NCBI GenBank assembly: GCA_964016885.1
Contig: OZ024741.1
Span: 300,514,001-300,578,000, forward strand
Length of the DNA: 64,000 nt
Reading direction: 5' to 3'
Source: Eledone cirrhosa
Taxonomy: Eukaryota
Below, piece after piece: positions 41,200-52,833 of this stretch. Each line of letters starts with the position of its first letter. The stretch's first letter is position 1. The translations under genes were made by a program, and so were the position numbers. Under the pieces are notes generated by a model that had not been told where the DNA came from, ran no database searches, and was given only the letters and a program-made list of their open reading frames with translations.

Positions 41200-42147
41200 T
41201 CATAAATCATGTCTTTAGAATCATCAGATATTAAAGTATATACTATTTCTTCTTCTAATTAGCATAATTAACCATATACAAAATCAAATCTAATTATGCT
41301 AATTAGAAGAAGAAATAGTATATATTTTAATATCTGATGATTCTAAAGACATGATTTATGATATAATGCTCTTATTTTTTTATTTTAATTTATTAATTCT
41401 TCATAGAGCTTAAAAGTGAACAGTTGCAACATATATATATCTTTAACTTTATGTATATGATAACCTTTATATTTAATAATCTCCCAATTGGTTGAGATTA
41501 AATTTGGCGATATATGGCTGCGCTTTCTAGCAGCAAGCCTACCCGCCGTAAGCAACCAATCACACTCTTTCTCTCTGGCTGGAACACAGCTACATAGCTA
41601 TTTTTAGCCATTTTTTAATCTAAATTTGGCGGGAACGGATAGAAAAACTAAATGTCTGATTTTGAGTTTATCTCCTGATGAAACCTAACTCTGGACATTC
41701 ATATTATTTGGATGTCCTAAATAAGGAAGGAAGAAACCATGGTAGAATATATAATTACGGTATGTGCGCATTTCTTCTAAGTTTAATTTTACTACTAATT
41801 GTGTGTGGTTGATGGTATATTTAGTCGGATTATACATGCTGTCGAAATGTTGGATAAATAATAGAACGGGGCTGCCGCGAAGAGGCTACGATCGATTATT
41901 TGTCGGAGATTTCCACATAAGAAAATTTATTCTTAAAGCTTGCTAGATTTGATTTTGTATATGGTTAAAATTATGCTAATTAGAAGAACAAATAGTATAT
42001 GTTTTAATATCTGATGATTCTAAAGACATGATTTATGATATAATGCTCTGATTTTTTGATTTTAATTTATTAATTCTTCATAGAGCTTAAAAGTGAACAG
42101 TTGCAACATATATATATCTTTAACTTTATGTATATGATAAACTTTAT
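41200..42147 (+). mobile_element. Retrozyme-like non-coding element: inverted arm plus partial tandem, one hammerhead
   Basis: 41200-41290 is the reverse complement of 41946-42039; 41292-41470 is repeated at 41969-42147. Hammerhead CTGATGA..GAAA-CCATGG-TA at 41675-41744. Confidence 0.75.
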
Positions 42148-42688
42148 ATATATATATATTGTTATACTTTGGGAGGGTCATGTTGCCAATAAGAAACACA
42201 CGCACCAGTAGCTTTCACTTCAATTTATTATATATTTATAAATTTATAAATTTACAAATTTACAAACTTATGAATTTCTGGTTGGTTGGTTGGTTCCACA
42301 ACCAGATAGTTGTTTATATATAGTCATAGTCCTTTCGTCACACACTCTGTGACCTCTTCAGTGACTGGGGATTCCTTTCTTTGTTTCTGTGCCTTTCCTT
42401 TCTTCTATCCTACGCCATTTTGTTTCTGTGTGTGTGTTGTGTGCTCAGTTTGCGCATGCGCCACATCCGGGTGTCTGTGTGTGTTTGTGTTCATTTATCT
42501 ATTTGTTATTTATTTATTTATTTATTGTTGGTTGGTTGTTTGTTCTATGTGTGTGTGTGTTTTCATTTTGTCCTGTGTGTGTTTTCATTTTGTCCTGTGT
42601 GTGTTTTCATTTTGTCCTTAATTGTAAGTTGTTTGTTCTATGTGTGTGTGTGTTTTCATTTTGTCCTGTGTGTGTTTTCATTTTGTCC

Positions 42689-45290
42689 TTAATTGTAAGT
42701 TGTGATGTTGCTGTTCCACTCATATTTTCTATTTAATTTTGGTTGTAATTCTTTTATGCTTACTGCCTCTGTAATTTGCCTAAACATTGCATCTTTTCTG
42801 TGTGTGGATTCTATTGTTATTTCTATGTTCTCTAATCTACTCCTGTGTTCTATCTTAGCATGTTGGTAGAGCACAGATGATTCTTTATTATCTTAGAGGT
42901 CTCGCCAGCGTTCATTTATTCGTTCCCCTATACTACTAGCTGTCTCACCTATGTACACTATATTTTTGTTTCTACATTGTCCTTCAGTACATCTTATGCT
43001 ATACACTACATTTCTAGTTTTACAGTTAATATGGGGGCTTATTTTACAGGTTATACATTTCTTATCTATATATGAGGGTCTTTGGAACGGGTATCTCTTG
43101 CTAATAAGTGTTTTTACGGACGTACCTGGTCTTTCTACTATCTTAATATTGAGTTTATGTTTATTTAGGGCCCTTCTAAATTTGTAGGCTAGTTCGCCTC
43201 TAGGGGTTGTATTGATGAACATAACACTCTGGTATTTATTGCTATCATACCACGAGTTTATTCTATTGGCCTTGTTTCTAGTTCTTTATATTCTATTCCA
43301 AAATTTGCTCCTATACAAGGGGCAGGTCCCATTTATGTCATTATTTACCATTTTTTCCCATTTGGTTCTGGCTCCTTTATACACTCTGATTTTATCTCTC
43401 TGATTGTAGCCAGAGAACTGCATACGGTGGATGAAGTGTTGTATGTGTCTCTCTAGTTCTTCGGGGTTGCACATGCGGGACACATTTCTCATCACCCGTA
43501 CCAAATCCGAAATCAGTATGTTGATTTTGGTATTATCCGAAATGGCCGAGTTTCGGTGGATCAGATGTTTGGAAGACATGGGTTTGGCATAATGGGAATG
43601 GAGGATTTGTTTTTGGTTGTTAATGGTATCTAACCAGAGCTCTGTGTCTAGTACAGGTAATCGACGGTTGGGGTGTCTACTTGGGTCGTCTATAGTAACT
43701 CTAATGCTCTGGTGGATGGAGTTTGCTATTTGCTGGATGCTTTCCATTGTGTTTTTCTCTAGTTCCTGGCTGTTCTTTAGTGGGGGTGTCTTAACTACGA
43801 TGTTTATATCATCTACGTAGCGGGAGTACATTATCAGGGTTAAGCTGTCTTCTAATTGTTCTTTCATTTTTGTTTAAGTCTACTGTCCCACCATACCATG
43901 TATAAGTTAGCTATGTCGCCTGCAATGCTAACACCAATGGCTGCTCCTTCCTCTTGGGCATATGTTTTACCATTAAATTTGAACATATGTTCCTTAAGGG
44001 TTAATTTTATGCTGGCCCCTACCGCATGTGCAATCATTTTCTTCAGTTCATAGTGGTTTTCGGGTGTCCGTATGGTTCTGGTCCACCCGTTCCATCTATC
44101 TGTGTGGGTTTTCTTGGCCATTGAGGTAATGGTAGGTGGTCTGCCTCTTGCTGGTCTTGTAGGGCACAGGTTGCTAAGGTCATAAGTGTCTAGGTAACTA
44201 TTACTATGGGTAAGCTTAAGTAGAAGTCCCAGCTCACTGGTATCAATCCCACGGAACTCAACCTTGCTCTCGCTGATCATTTCGACGCATTTCTCCACAG
44301 CAAAATCCACGTCAATAGATGGATACAGGGACGCAACATCCATACTGCCTATTATGCAGTTTGTTAGGTCCCCAGATCGTTTACCCGCGCCGATTCTGCT
44401 GAGGAGCTCCTCCGTGCTGTCACATACATCTGGGGACATCTCAATGATGGGGCGTATGATCAGGGAGAGGAAGTAGGACAGTCTGTAGTTACTAGCAATG
44501 TTAGCCCCACAGACTGGCCTGTTGGTGGTCCCGCGACAGGGTACCAGTCCGTTTTATGGTCTTTTCGAAGCCCATAAAACGCCGGCACGTCATTGTTCCA
44601 GGCCTGGAAGTTGTTGGCAGTCCTTTTGTTGGGCTGCATTATATTCGTCCACATCACCATATGGGCATTGAGGGCTTTTTCTCTATCCTCATGCTCCTGT
44701 GGTGTTACCTCTCTTGTGTTAGTGATGTTGGGTTGCATTGCCTGGATGTAGTTTGGCAGGCTGTCAACCTACATTCTGCCAGACTTGTCTGTTGGAAAAC
44801 ATGCTCTCTCTCCATTACGCGAGCGCTGCATGAGCTTACGCAAGCCATTTGCAGATTTTTCTCCCAGTTGCTGGGCCTCTATTCTATTATGCTTCTTGCT
44901 ATACTGTTCTATAATATTTCTAAGTTCGGATTTAGCTATACTAAATTGTGCTTCTGTTTGTTCATCGACCTACGACGGCAACTGCGTGCGTTTGTTAAAT
45001 GGCAAAGTCGTGGCGTGGACTCGTCGTAGGTCGAATGATTTATCGGAGGGGTTATAAAACGGAGAGTTCCAGGCTGCTGCTTTATGTGTACTAATGCTAT
45101 TATTATTGTTAGTTGTGTTGTTTCTATTTCTATTTCTACCGACAGCCTCATGGTTGTTTCTATGTCTCTCATAATTACTCCTGTCTCTTTCCACTGGCTC
45201 AATGTTGTTATCTACCCTATTTTGTGTGTCTGTGTGTTCGTCTTTGTTATTCTCTTTGTCCTTAGTCTCCCATCTCCTTTTCCTTTTAAT
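42689..45290 (-). pseudogene. Disrupted PLE RT and GIY-YIG endonuclease
   Basis: RT pieces 43286-45194. Endonuclease NVVYSIRC..YIGET..IGER..*..QH..RQITEA..PKLN at 42689-43222. Confidence 0.88.
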
Positions 45291-45353
45291 CCTATTACCT
45301 TCCTTTTAATCCTATTACCTAATCCTATTACCTTTCCTTTTAATCCTATTACC

Positions 45354-46308
45354 TAATCTACGAAGGTATTTTAGCCTACATATTGTCGTTAATATTATGA
45401 TGTTCCCTGCTGTATTAGCGATAAATTTTCGAGGGTTTCTCTTAGTAGTTTTTTCATGACGTTATTATTGTTAATTTTACTGATGTAGTATTAACTTATT
45501 AACTTGGATATTTACCATGCGGTATTCTAATCCTATTGTATCTCTCTCAGTTATTTACCATGCGACCCTCAGTTCCTACCCCCCCCTCTCTATGCACTTC
45601 TTTAAGGCTACTACCCTGTCTTTAACCTAATTCATTCAATCTGAAAATATTGAAGAGATAAGACACTTTCCCATTCTTCTCTGCTAAAATGTATCACTAG
45701 AGCTGATTCCAATTTTTCCAGCCATCCATCTAATCTACGAAGGTATTTTAGCCTACATATTGTCGTTAATATTATGATGTTCCCTGCTGTATTAGCGATA
45801 AATTTTCGAGGGTTTCTCTTAGTAGTTTTTTCATGACGTTATTATTGTTAATTTTACTGATGTAGTATTAACTTATTAACTTGGATATTTACCATGCGGT
45901 ATTCTAATCCTATTGTATCTCTCTCAGTTATTTACCATGCGACCCTCAGTTCCTACCCCCCCCCCCCCCTATCTATGCACTTCTTTAAGGCTACTACCCT
46001 GTCTTTAACCTAATTCATTCAATCTGAAAATATTGAAGATATAAGACACTTTCCCATTCTTCTCTGCTAAAGTGTATCACTAGAGCTGATTCCAATTTTT
46101 CCAGCCATCCATCTAATCTACGAAGGTATTTTAGCCTACATATTGTCGTTAATATTATGATGTTCCCTGCTGTATTAGCGTTAAATTTTCCCTGCTGTAT
46201 TAGCGATAAATTTTCGAGGGTTTCTCTTAGTAGTTTTTTCATGACGTTATTATTGTTAATTTTACTGATGTAGTATTAACTTATTAACATGCGACCCTCA
46301 GTTCCTAC
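45354..46308. repeat. Tandem array, about 380-bp unit x 2.5
   Basis: taatctacgaaggtattttagcc starts at 45354, 45731 and 46114. Confidence 0.9.
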
Positions 46309-49300
46309 CTCACAATTTCCCTCACCCCCACCCCCACACACCACCATAGTCTATTCGACCAATCAAACCTAGCATGCCATTTCCACTGCTGCTGCTACTA
46401 CCTGCCTAACTAACTCTCTCCTCCTCTGGCGCATCCCAACACACCCTGCCATTACCCCACCACCACTGTTCTTCTAGCCCTCAATTTTTCCACCGTTATG
46501 GATGGATGAGCTGGGAATACACGAGCAACTCTGAATCAATAGATGAAATATGAATCTGCGAGCTACCAAGCACCCACGTGAAGCGCCAACCCAGAGACCC
46601 TCCCCTATGAGTGTCGACAAATGCCCAAAACTCCGAGTTGGTACCATCAATGTAGGCTCAATGAAAGGAAGAGCAGGAGAAATCGTAGAAATGCTAGAGC
46701 GAAAGGAAGTTGATGTATGCTGTGTGCAAGAGACTAGATGGAGAGGAGGGTCTGCTAGAGTCCTTGTAGGAAAAAGCCAGTGCTACAAATTTTTCTGGGT
46801 GGGAAATGACGATGGGATGGGTGGTGTAGGTATACTATTAGCTGACAAGTGGGTAGATAAAGTAATCTCAGTGTACAGGGTAAATGCAAGAATCATTAAA
46901 CTCAGACTAGTCCTGAATAAGACAATTACCACAATAATATCAGCTTACGCACCCCAATCGGGGCTGCCAGACGAACTTAAGGATAGGTTTTACGAGTCCC
47001 TAATACACACTACTGCTCTAACAGACGACAAGGACTTCCTAATCATTGCAGGAGATTTTAACGCACACGTAGGTAAACACTGCGACGGCTTCAATAGAGT
47101 ACATGGAGGCCATGGAGTTGGCACAAGGAATGAGGAAGGATTCAGACTTCTAGAATTCTGCGACGCCAATGACATGTCGATATGTAACACAAACTTTAAA
47201 AAACCCGACAACCACCTGATCACCTATAGATCAGGGGAGCACTCTAGTCAGTTAGATTTTATCCTCATCAGAGGACGTGACAGATGGACGGTCGTAAACA
47301 CAAAAGCCTTCCCTAGTGAGGAATGTACATCCCAACATAGCTTAGTTGTCAGCGACCTCACGGTCAGAACTAGACGAGCCCTGAAACAGAGGCCAACCTG
47401 GAGAAGAAAGATCTGGAAGCTGAAAGTCCCCTCAACCAGTAACAGATTTAAAGATATTTTACTCAACGCCTACGACAGTAAAGAAGAACAGATAGAGACA
47501 TTTAACGTAGAAGAGAACTGGGAGTTCCTAAAAAATAACTTACTAGAGGCGACGGATGAGGTTTGTGGCTGGAGTAAGACCTCAAGCAGGAGGAGAGTGA
47601 CTTGGTGGTGGAACAATAAGGTAGATGAAGCAGTCAAGGCCAAGAGACAGGCATGGAAAGAATGGAAGAACGGGGGGAGCAGGGTACATTACATAGAGAC
47701 CAAGAGGGAAGCTAGGCGACAAGTATACTTAGCTAGGAGGGAAGCAGAGGATAGAAAATTCAAGCATGTTTTACAACGTGAGGACCAGAAACAGGAGGTA
47801 TTCAAGATTGCGAGGCAGTGTGTCAGAGATAGTTGTGATGTCATTGGAGAGAAGTGTATCCGGAATGATAAAGGTGAGCTTGCCCTCACAAGTGCTGAGA
47901 AGAAAGATGCATGGAAGAGTCATTATGATAGATTACTAAATGAGGAGAATGCATGGGAAGAAGAGACCCTACCCCACGTAGACCCTATAGAGGGACCAGC
48001 AGTACAAGTCAGCGGCAGCGTAGTAAGTAAGGCAATCAGAGATATGAAGATAGGGAAGGCAACCGGTCCATCGGGTATAGCTGCCGAGATGCTGAAGGCA
48101 TCTGGGTTTGTAGGTCACACTATAACCACACGTATCGTTAACCAGGTAATACTAGAGGGGGCCATACCAAAAGATTGGTGCAGTAGCATCATTGTCAACT
48201 GCTACAAAGGTAAAGGCGATGCACTAGATAGAGGAAACTATAGAGGTATAAAGTTGATGGACCAGGTCATGAAAGTAACAGAAAGAGTCATAGCACAGCT
48301 GATTAGGGACCGGGTGAATATAGACGAGATGCAATTTGGGTTTGTACCAGGGAAAGGCACCACTGATGCCCTCTTCCTTGTGAGGCAATTACAGGAAAAG
48401 TACCTAGCTAAAAGTAAGCCACTCTACTTGGCATTTGTCGACCTTGAGAAAGCCTTTGACAGAGTTCCACGTGCAGTAATCTGGTGGGCTCTTAGAAAAC
48501 TAGGAGTAGATGAATGGCTTGTGAAAGCGGTACAAGCCATGTATAGGGGAGCAGTCAGCAAAGTTAGGATTGGCAATGAGTATAGCGAGGAATTTAGCGT
48601 ACAGGTTGGGGTCCACCAGGGCTCTGTTCTTAGCCCTCTCCTGTTCATCATAGTCCTGCAGGCAATAACGGAGGAGTTTAAGACCGGATGCCCATGGGAA
48701 CTCCTGTATGCTGATGACCTCGCACTCATAGCTGAATCTATGGTAGAACTAGAGAATAAATTCCAAACCTGGAAGCAGAGACTAGAGAGAAAGGGCCTCA
48801 AAGTCAACATGACAAAGACTAAGGTCCTTATAAGTAGACGAGAAAACAGAACCCAGATCCCCTCAGGGAAATGGCCTTGCTCAGTATGTAGGAAAGGTGT
48901 AGGTAGGAACTCCATTCTCTGCCCCAAATGCAAACAATGGGTACACAAGAGATGTAGCGGGATCTCAGGAAGCTTAATTAAGAATGTAGGATTCACATGC
49001 AGCAGCTGTGCTGAAACAGCAAGCAAACAGCCACAGGAAACAAGTACCACCAATCTCTGGGAGGGCCCTGTAGAAACAGTAGACAGCTTCTGCTACCTAG
49101 GTGACCGAATTAGCAACGGAGGTGGGTGCTCAGAAAGTACAATAACTAGGGTAAGAACGGGATGGAAGAAGTTTAGGGAACTACTACCACTGCTAGCTGC
49201 AAAAGGCTTCTCCCTCAGAATGAAAGGCAGACTGTATGATGCGTGTATCCGAACAGCGATGTTGCATGGTAGTGAGACCTGGGCGCTGAAGGTGGAAGAC

Positions 49301-49970
49301 TTACGTAGATTAGAGAGAAACGAAGCCTGCATGCTCCGATGGATGTGTAACAGTAATATACGTGAACGACAAAGCAGAAAGGAATTGAGAGAGAGACTGA
49401 GCATAAGAGGAATCAAATGCTGCGTGCAGGAGAGGCGGTTACGCTGGTATGGACATGTGATGCGTATGAAGGATGACAGCTGCATAAAAAGGTGCAGAGC
49501 ACTAGAAGTTGATGGAAACCGCGGAGTGGGGAGACCCAAGATGACTTGGGATGAGGTGATAAAAGCCGACCTTACCCAACTACACCTCTCAAAGTCAATG
49601 ACACACGACCGTGACTTCTGGCGTCACGCAGTAATACAGGGTACCCGACCTCCCATGGGTACATGCTGAAGCATATAAACAATATGCCCCCCCCCCCACC
49701 GCAAGGTGGTCGTGGAGGTGCCACGGCAAAAAAGCACCCAGCCCACACTGTAAAGTGGACGTGTAGGCGCCACGAAAAAGCACCCAGCACTCACTGTAAA
49801 TGAGGTTGGTGTTAGGAAGGGCATCCAGCTGCAGAAATCAAGCCAGATCAGTTCCTGTATGAGCAAGGCATGGTCAGCCGACCAGACACTGCCCACAACA
49901 GGACAACCCGTCTAACCCATGCTAGCGTGGAAGAACGGACGTAAAACGGTGATGATGATGATGATGATGA
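46309..49970 (+). mobile_element. RTE-clade LINE, apparently full length
   Basis: Short 5' UTR, single APE-RT ORF, 3' UTR, (GAT)n tail at 49950-49970. The 5' boundary is approximate. Confidence 0.9.
46550..49669 (+). CDS. Intact RTE APE endonuclease-reverse transcriptase with PHD-like zinc finger
   Basis: GTINV, VQETRW, SAYAP, GDFN, QLDFI, SQH (APE); KATGP, YRGI, QFGF, FVDLEKAFDRV, GVHQGSVLSP, YADD, YLG, RLRWYGHV (RT); CxxC..CxxC..HxxC..CxxC insert. Uninterrupted 1039 aa. Confidence 0.95.
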   Translation: MNLRATKHPREAPTQRPSPMSVDKCPKLRVGTINVGSMKGRAGEIVEMLERKEVDVCCVQETRWRGGSARVLVGKSQCYKFFWVGNDDGMGGVGILLADKWVDKVISVYRVNARIIKLRLVLNKTITTIISAYAPQSGLPDELKDRFYESLIHTTALTDDKDFLIIAGDFNAHVGKHCDGFNRVHGGHGVGTRNEEGFRLLEFCDANDMSICNTNFKKPDNHLITYRSGEHSSQLDFILIRGRDRWTVVNTKAFPSEECTSQHSLVVSDLTVRTRRALKQRPTWRRKIWKLKVPSTSNRFKDILLNAYDSKEEQIETFNVEENWEFLKNNLLEATDEVCGWSKTSSRRRVTWWWNNKVDEAVKAKRQAWKEWKNGGSRVHYIETKREARRQVYLARREAEDRKFKHVLQREDQKQEVFKIARQCVRDSCDVIGEKCIRNDKGELALTSAEKKDAWKSHYDRLLNEENAWEEETLPHVDPIEGPAVQVSGSVVSKAIRDMKIGKATGPSGIAAEMLKASGFVGHTITTRIVNQVILEGAIPKDWCSSIIVNCYKGKGDALDRGNYRGIKLMDQVMKVTERVIAQLIRDRVNIDEMQFGFVPGKGTTDALFLVRQLQEKYLAKSKPLYLAFVDLEKAFDRVPRAVIWWALRKLGVDEWLVKAVQAMYRGAVSKVRIGNEYSEEFSVQVGVHQGSVLSPLLFIIVLQAITEEFKTGCPWELLYADDLALIAESMVELENKFQTWKQRLERKGLKVNMTKTKVLISRRENRTQIPSGKWPCSVCRKGVGRNSILCPKCKQWVHKRCSGISGSLIKNVGFTCSSCAETASKQPQETSTTNLWEGPVETVDSFCYLGDRISNGGGCSESTITRVRTGWKKFRELLPLLAAKGFSLRMKGRLYDACIRTAMLHGSETWALKVEDLRRLERNEACMLRWMCNSNIRERQSRKELRERLSIRGIKCCVQERRLRWYGHVMRMKDDSCIKRCRALEVDGNRGVGRPKMTWDEVIKADLTQLHLSKSMTHDRDFWRHAVIQGTRPPMGTC

Positions 49971-51198
49971 CCTTCCCTTATTTCTCTCATTTCTGTGCTA
50001 CTGTCATTACTTGTTTTCTGTGTCTGTGTGTTTGTTAAGATTGTGGTGGTGGTGAGAGGCATTGAATGCGTGTGTGTTGTTGTTGTTGATGTGTGTTGTT
50101 GTTGATGTGTGTTGTTGTTGTCTCCCTGTGTGTTATCGTTGTCGTGTGTGTTGTTATTGTTGTTTGTGTCTGCGTGTCTGTTGTTGTTGTATCTGGGTAT
50201 GTTGCTATTGTTGTTGTTGTTGATGTGTGTGTTGTTGTTATTGTTGTCTCCGTGTGTATTATCGTTGTTGTGTGTGTTGTTATTGTTGTTTGTGTCTGCG
50301 TGTCTGTTGTTGTTGTATCTAGGTATGTTTCTATTGTTGTTGTTTATGTGTGTGTTGTTGTTATTGTTGTTGGTGTCTGTGTGTCTGTTGTCGTTGGGAT
50401 GTGTGTTGTATATGTGTGTGCGTATATTGTTGCTTTTGTTTTTGATGCTCCAGCGTAGTTTTGTAAATGATTTTTCTATTTCTGACAGACAACTAATCAT
50501 ATTTACCTTCTTGAATGTCGCAAATTTGGGCGGCAGACATAACACAGACATTTCATTATTATCTATTTCCGTGTTTCCATAAATGTTGGTATTTTCGTTG
50601 TTGAACTCTTCTGATAATGAGGTGTCGGCCATGTTGATACCGTCAGATAAGAAATGTATAACCTGTAAAATAAGCCCCCATATTAACTGTAAACCTAGAA
50701 ATGTAGTGTATAGCATAAGATGTACTGAAGGACAATGTAGAAACAAAAATATAGCGCACATAAGTGAGACAGCTCGTAGTATAGGGGAGCGAATAAATGA
50801 ACGCTGGCGAGACCTCTAAGATAATAAAGAATCATATGTGCTCTACCAACATGCTAAGATAGAACACAGGAGTAGATTAGAGAACATAGAAATAAAAATA
50901 GAATCCACACACAGAAAAGATGCAATGTTTAGGCAAATTACAGAGGCAGTAAGCATAAAAGAATTACAACCAAAATTAAATAGAAAATATGAGTGGAACA
51001 GCAACATCACAACTTACAATTAAGGACAAAATGAAAACACACACACACATAGAACAAACAACTTACAATTAAGGACAAAATGAAAACACACACAGGACAA
51101 AATGAAAACACACACACACATAGAACAAACAACCAACCAACAATAAATAAATAAATAAATAAACAAATAGATAAATGAACACAAACACACACAGACAC

Positions 51199-51256
51199 CC
51201 GGATGTGGCGCATGCGCAAACTGAGCACACAACACACACACAGAAACAAAATGGCG
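51199..51256 (+). promoter_or_regulatory. Putative pLTR promoter cassette (ETS, NRF1 and YY1-like motifs)
   Basis: CCGGATGT 51199, GCGCATGCGC 51208, AAAATGGCG 51248; conserved in all four arms. Confidence 0.5.
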
Positions 51257-51302
51257 TAGGATAGAAGAAAGGAAAGGCACAGAAACAAAGAAAGGAATCC
51301 CC

Positions 51303-51347
51303 AGTCACTGAAGAGGTCACAGAGTGTGTGACGAAAGGACTATGACT
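51303..51347 (+). ncRNA. pLTR hammerhead (also 42322-42366 minus)
   Basis: agtca-CTGAAGA-G-GTCAC..GTGAC-GAAA-GGAC-TA-tgact. Confidence 0.78.
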
Positions 51348-51567
51348 ATATATAAACAACTATCTGGTTGTGGAACCAACCAACCAACCAGAAATTTATA
51401 AGTTTGTAAATTTGTAAATTTATAAATTTATAAATATATAATAAATTGAAGTGAAAGCTACTGGTGCGTGTGTTTCTTATTGGCAACATGACCCTCCCAA
51501 AGTATAACAATATCGGTTTCAACACACGATTTCAGATAAAGAATCTTGCTAAACAAATTCAGAAACG

Positions 51568-51651
<84 letters not shown>

Positions 51652-51716
51652 ATATGTGAGTGTATGTATGCGTATACGTGTATGTATGTGTATATATATA
51701 TGTGTGTATCTGTATG

Positions 51717-51766
<50 letters not shown>

Positions 51767-51889
51767 TATATGTATATGTATATATGTATATATATATATG
51801 TGTATATATGTATGTGTGTATGTATATATATATTTATATATATATATATATGTATATGTGTGTATATATGTGTGGGTGTATGTATATCT

Positions 51890-51920
<31 letters not shown>

Positions 51921-52477
51921 AAGTTATATTTAAAATTGTTGGGTTACAACTAGTAAATATTTATAACTGATATAAAAGCACTCGACAAATATTTGGAGTA
52001 TATTTACAATATTAAATAAATGGAAAACTATATTTATAAAACCATATCTATTTCATTATATATATTTCGGGGATATCATATTAACAATATGCTATGCCTT
52101 CATCAGACAAAATACAATATAAACAGTTTTATAGATAAATATATTCGACATACCGTAATAAACATCAACTTCATTTGAAGAGGTTTACGCTAGCAGTGAA
52201 AATACAGAGAGAAAGAAAGAGAGAAAGAAAAGAGGGAAAAAAAGAAAGAAAGAAAGACAAAACGAAGAAAAGGAAGAAAAAGAAGAAAAAGAAAAAGAAG
52301 AAATGCATGGAACAAAATAGAGAGATGGAAAAATAGATAAAGCGAAGAGCTTCATGTAAAGAGACAGAAAGAGATATATATATATAGAGAGAGAGAGGAA
52401 ATAGAGATAGATACATATATATATATAGAAAATTAGGTAGTGGGAGGTCATTTTGAGTAAGTGTATCAATGATACAT

Positions 52478-52508
<31 letters not shown>

Positions 52509-52833
52509 GCTCAAGTATTAATGTAAGGGAGATATATAGAGAGATATAGAGAGATATAGAGAGAGAAAAAAAACACTATAGTAAACTCAGTCCAAAAACG
52601 TATCTCTAGGATCTCGTCGAATAGAAAGATTTTTGACGAAAAGGCCCAATACTATAATGATGCACTAGCTAGGGCAGGGTATGCTGATAAGATTGTGTAC
52701 ATAGATAATGATAGACAAACTAAACAAAGTAACAACTTTTTTAATTACGGCAACAACATTAACAACTATAATAGAAAGCATTACAATAATTCCAAAGGAC
52801 AAAAAAGAAATAGAACTAGGAACATAATTTGGT

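Larger units (their letters stand above)
42157..51570 (-). mobile_element. Penelope-like element copy 2 with inverted pLTRs, interrupted by a tandem array and an RTE LINE
   Basis: Minus body 42157-45300 and 49970-50646; plus-strand 3' arm with tail 50647-51570. Same family as 31901-36310. Confidence 0.9.

Noticed and set aside
45354-46308. Hammerhead inside the 380-bp tandem unit
   Set aside because: No intact CUGANGA..GAAA core with stems found on either strand.
49922-50761. 279-aa minus ORF ending in a His7 run
   Set aside because: Chimeric across the PLE inversion junction; the His run is the antisense of the RTE (GAT)n tail.
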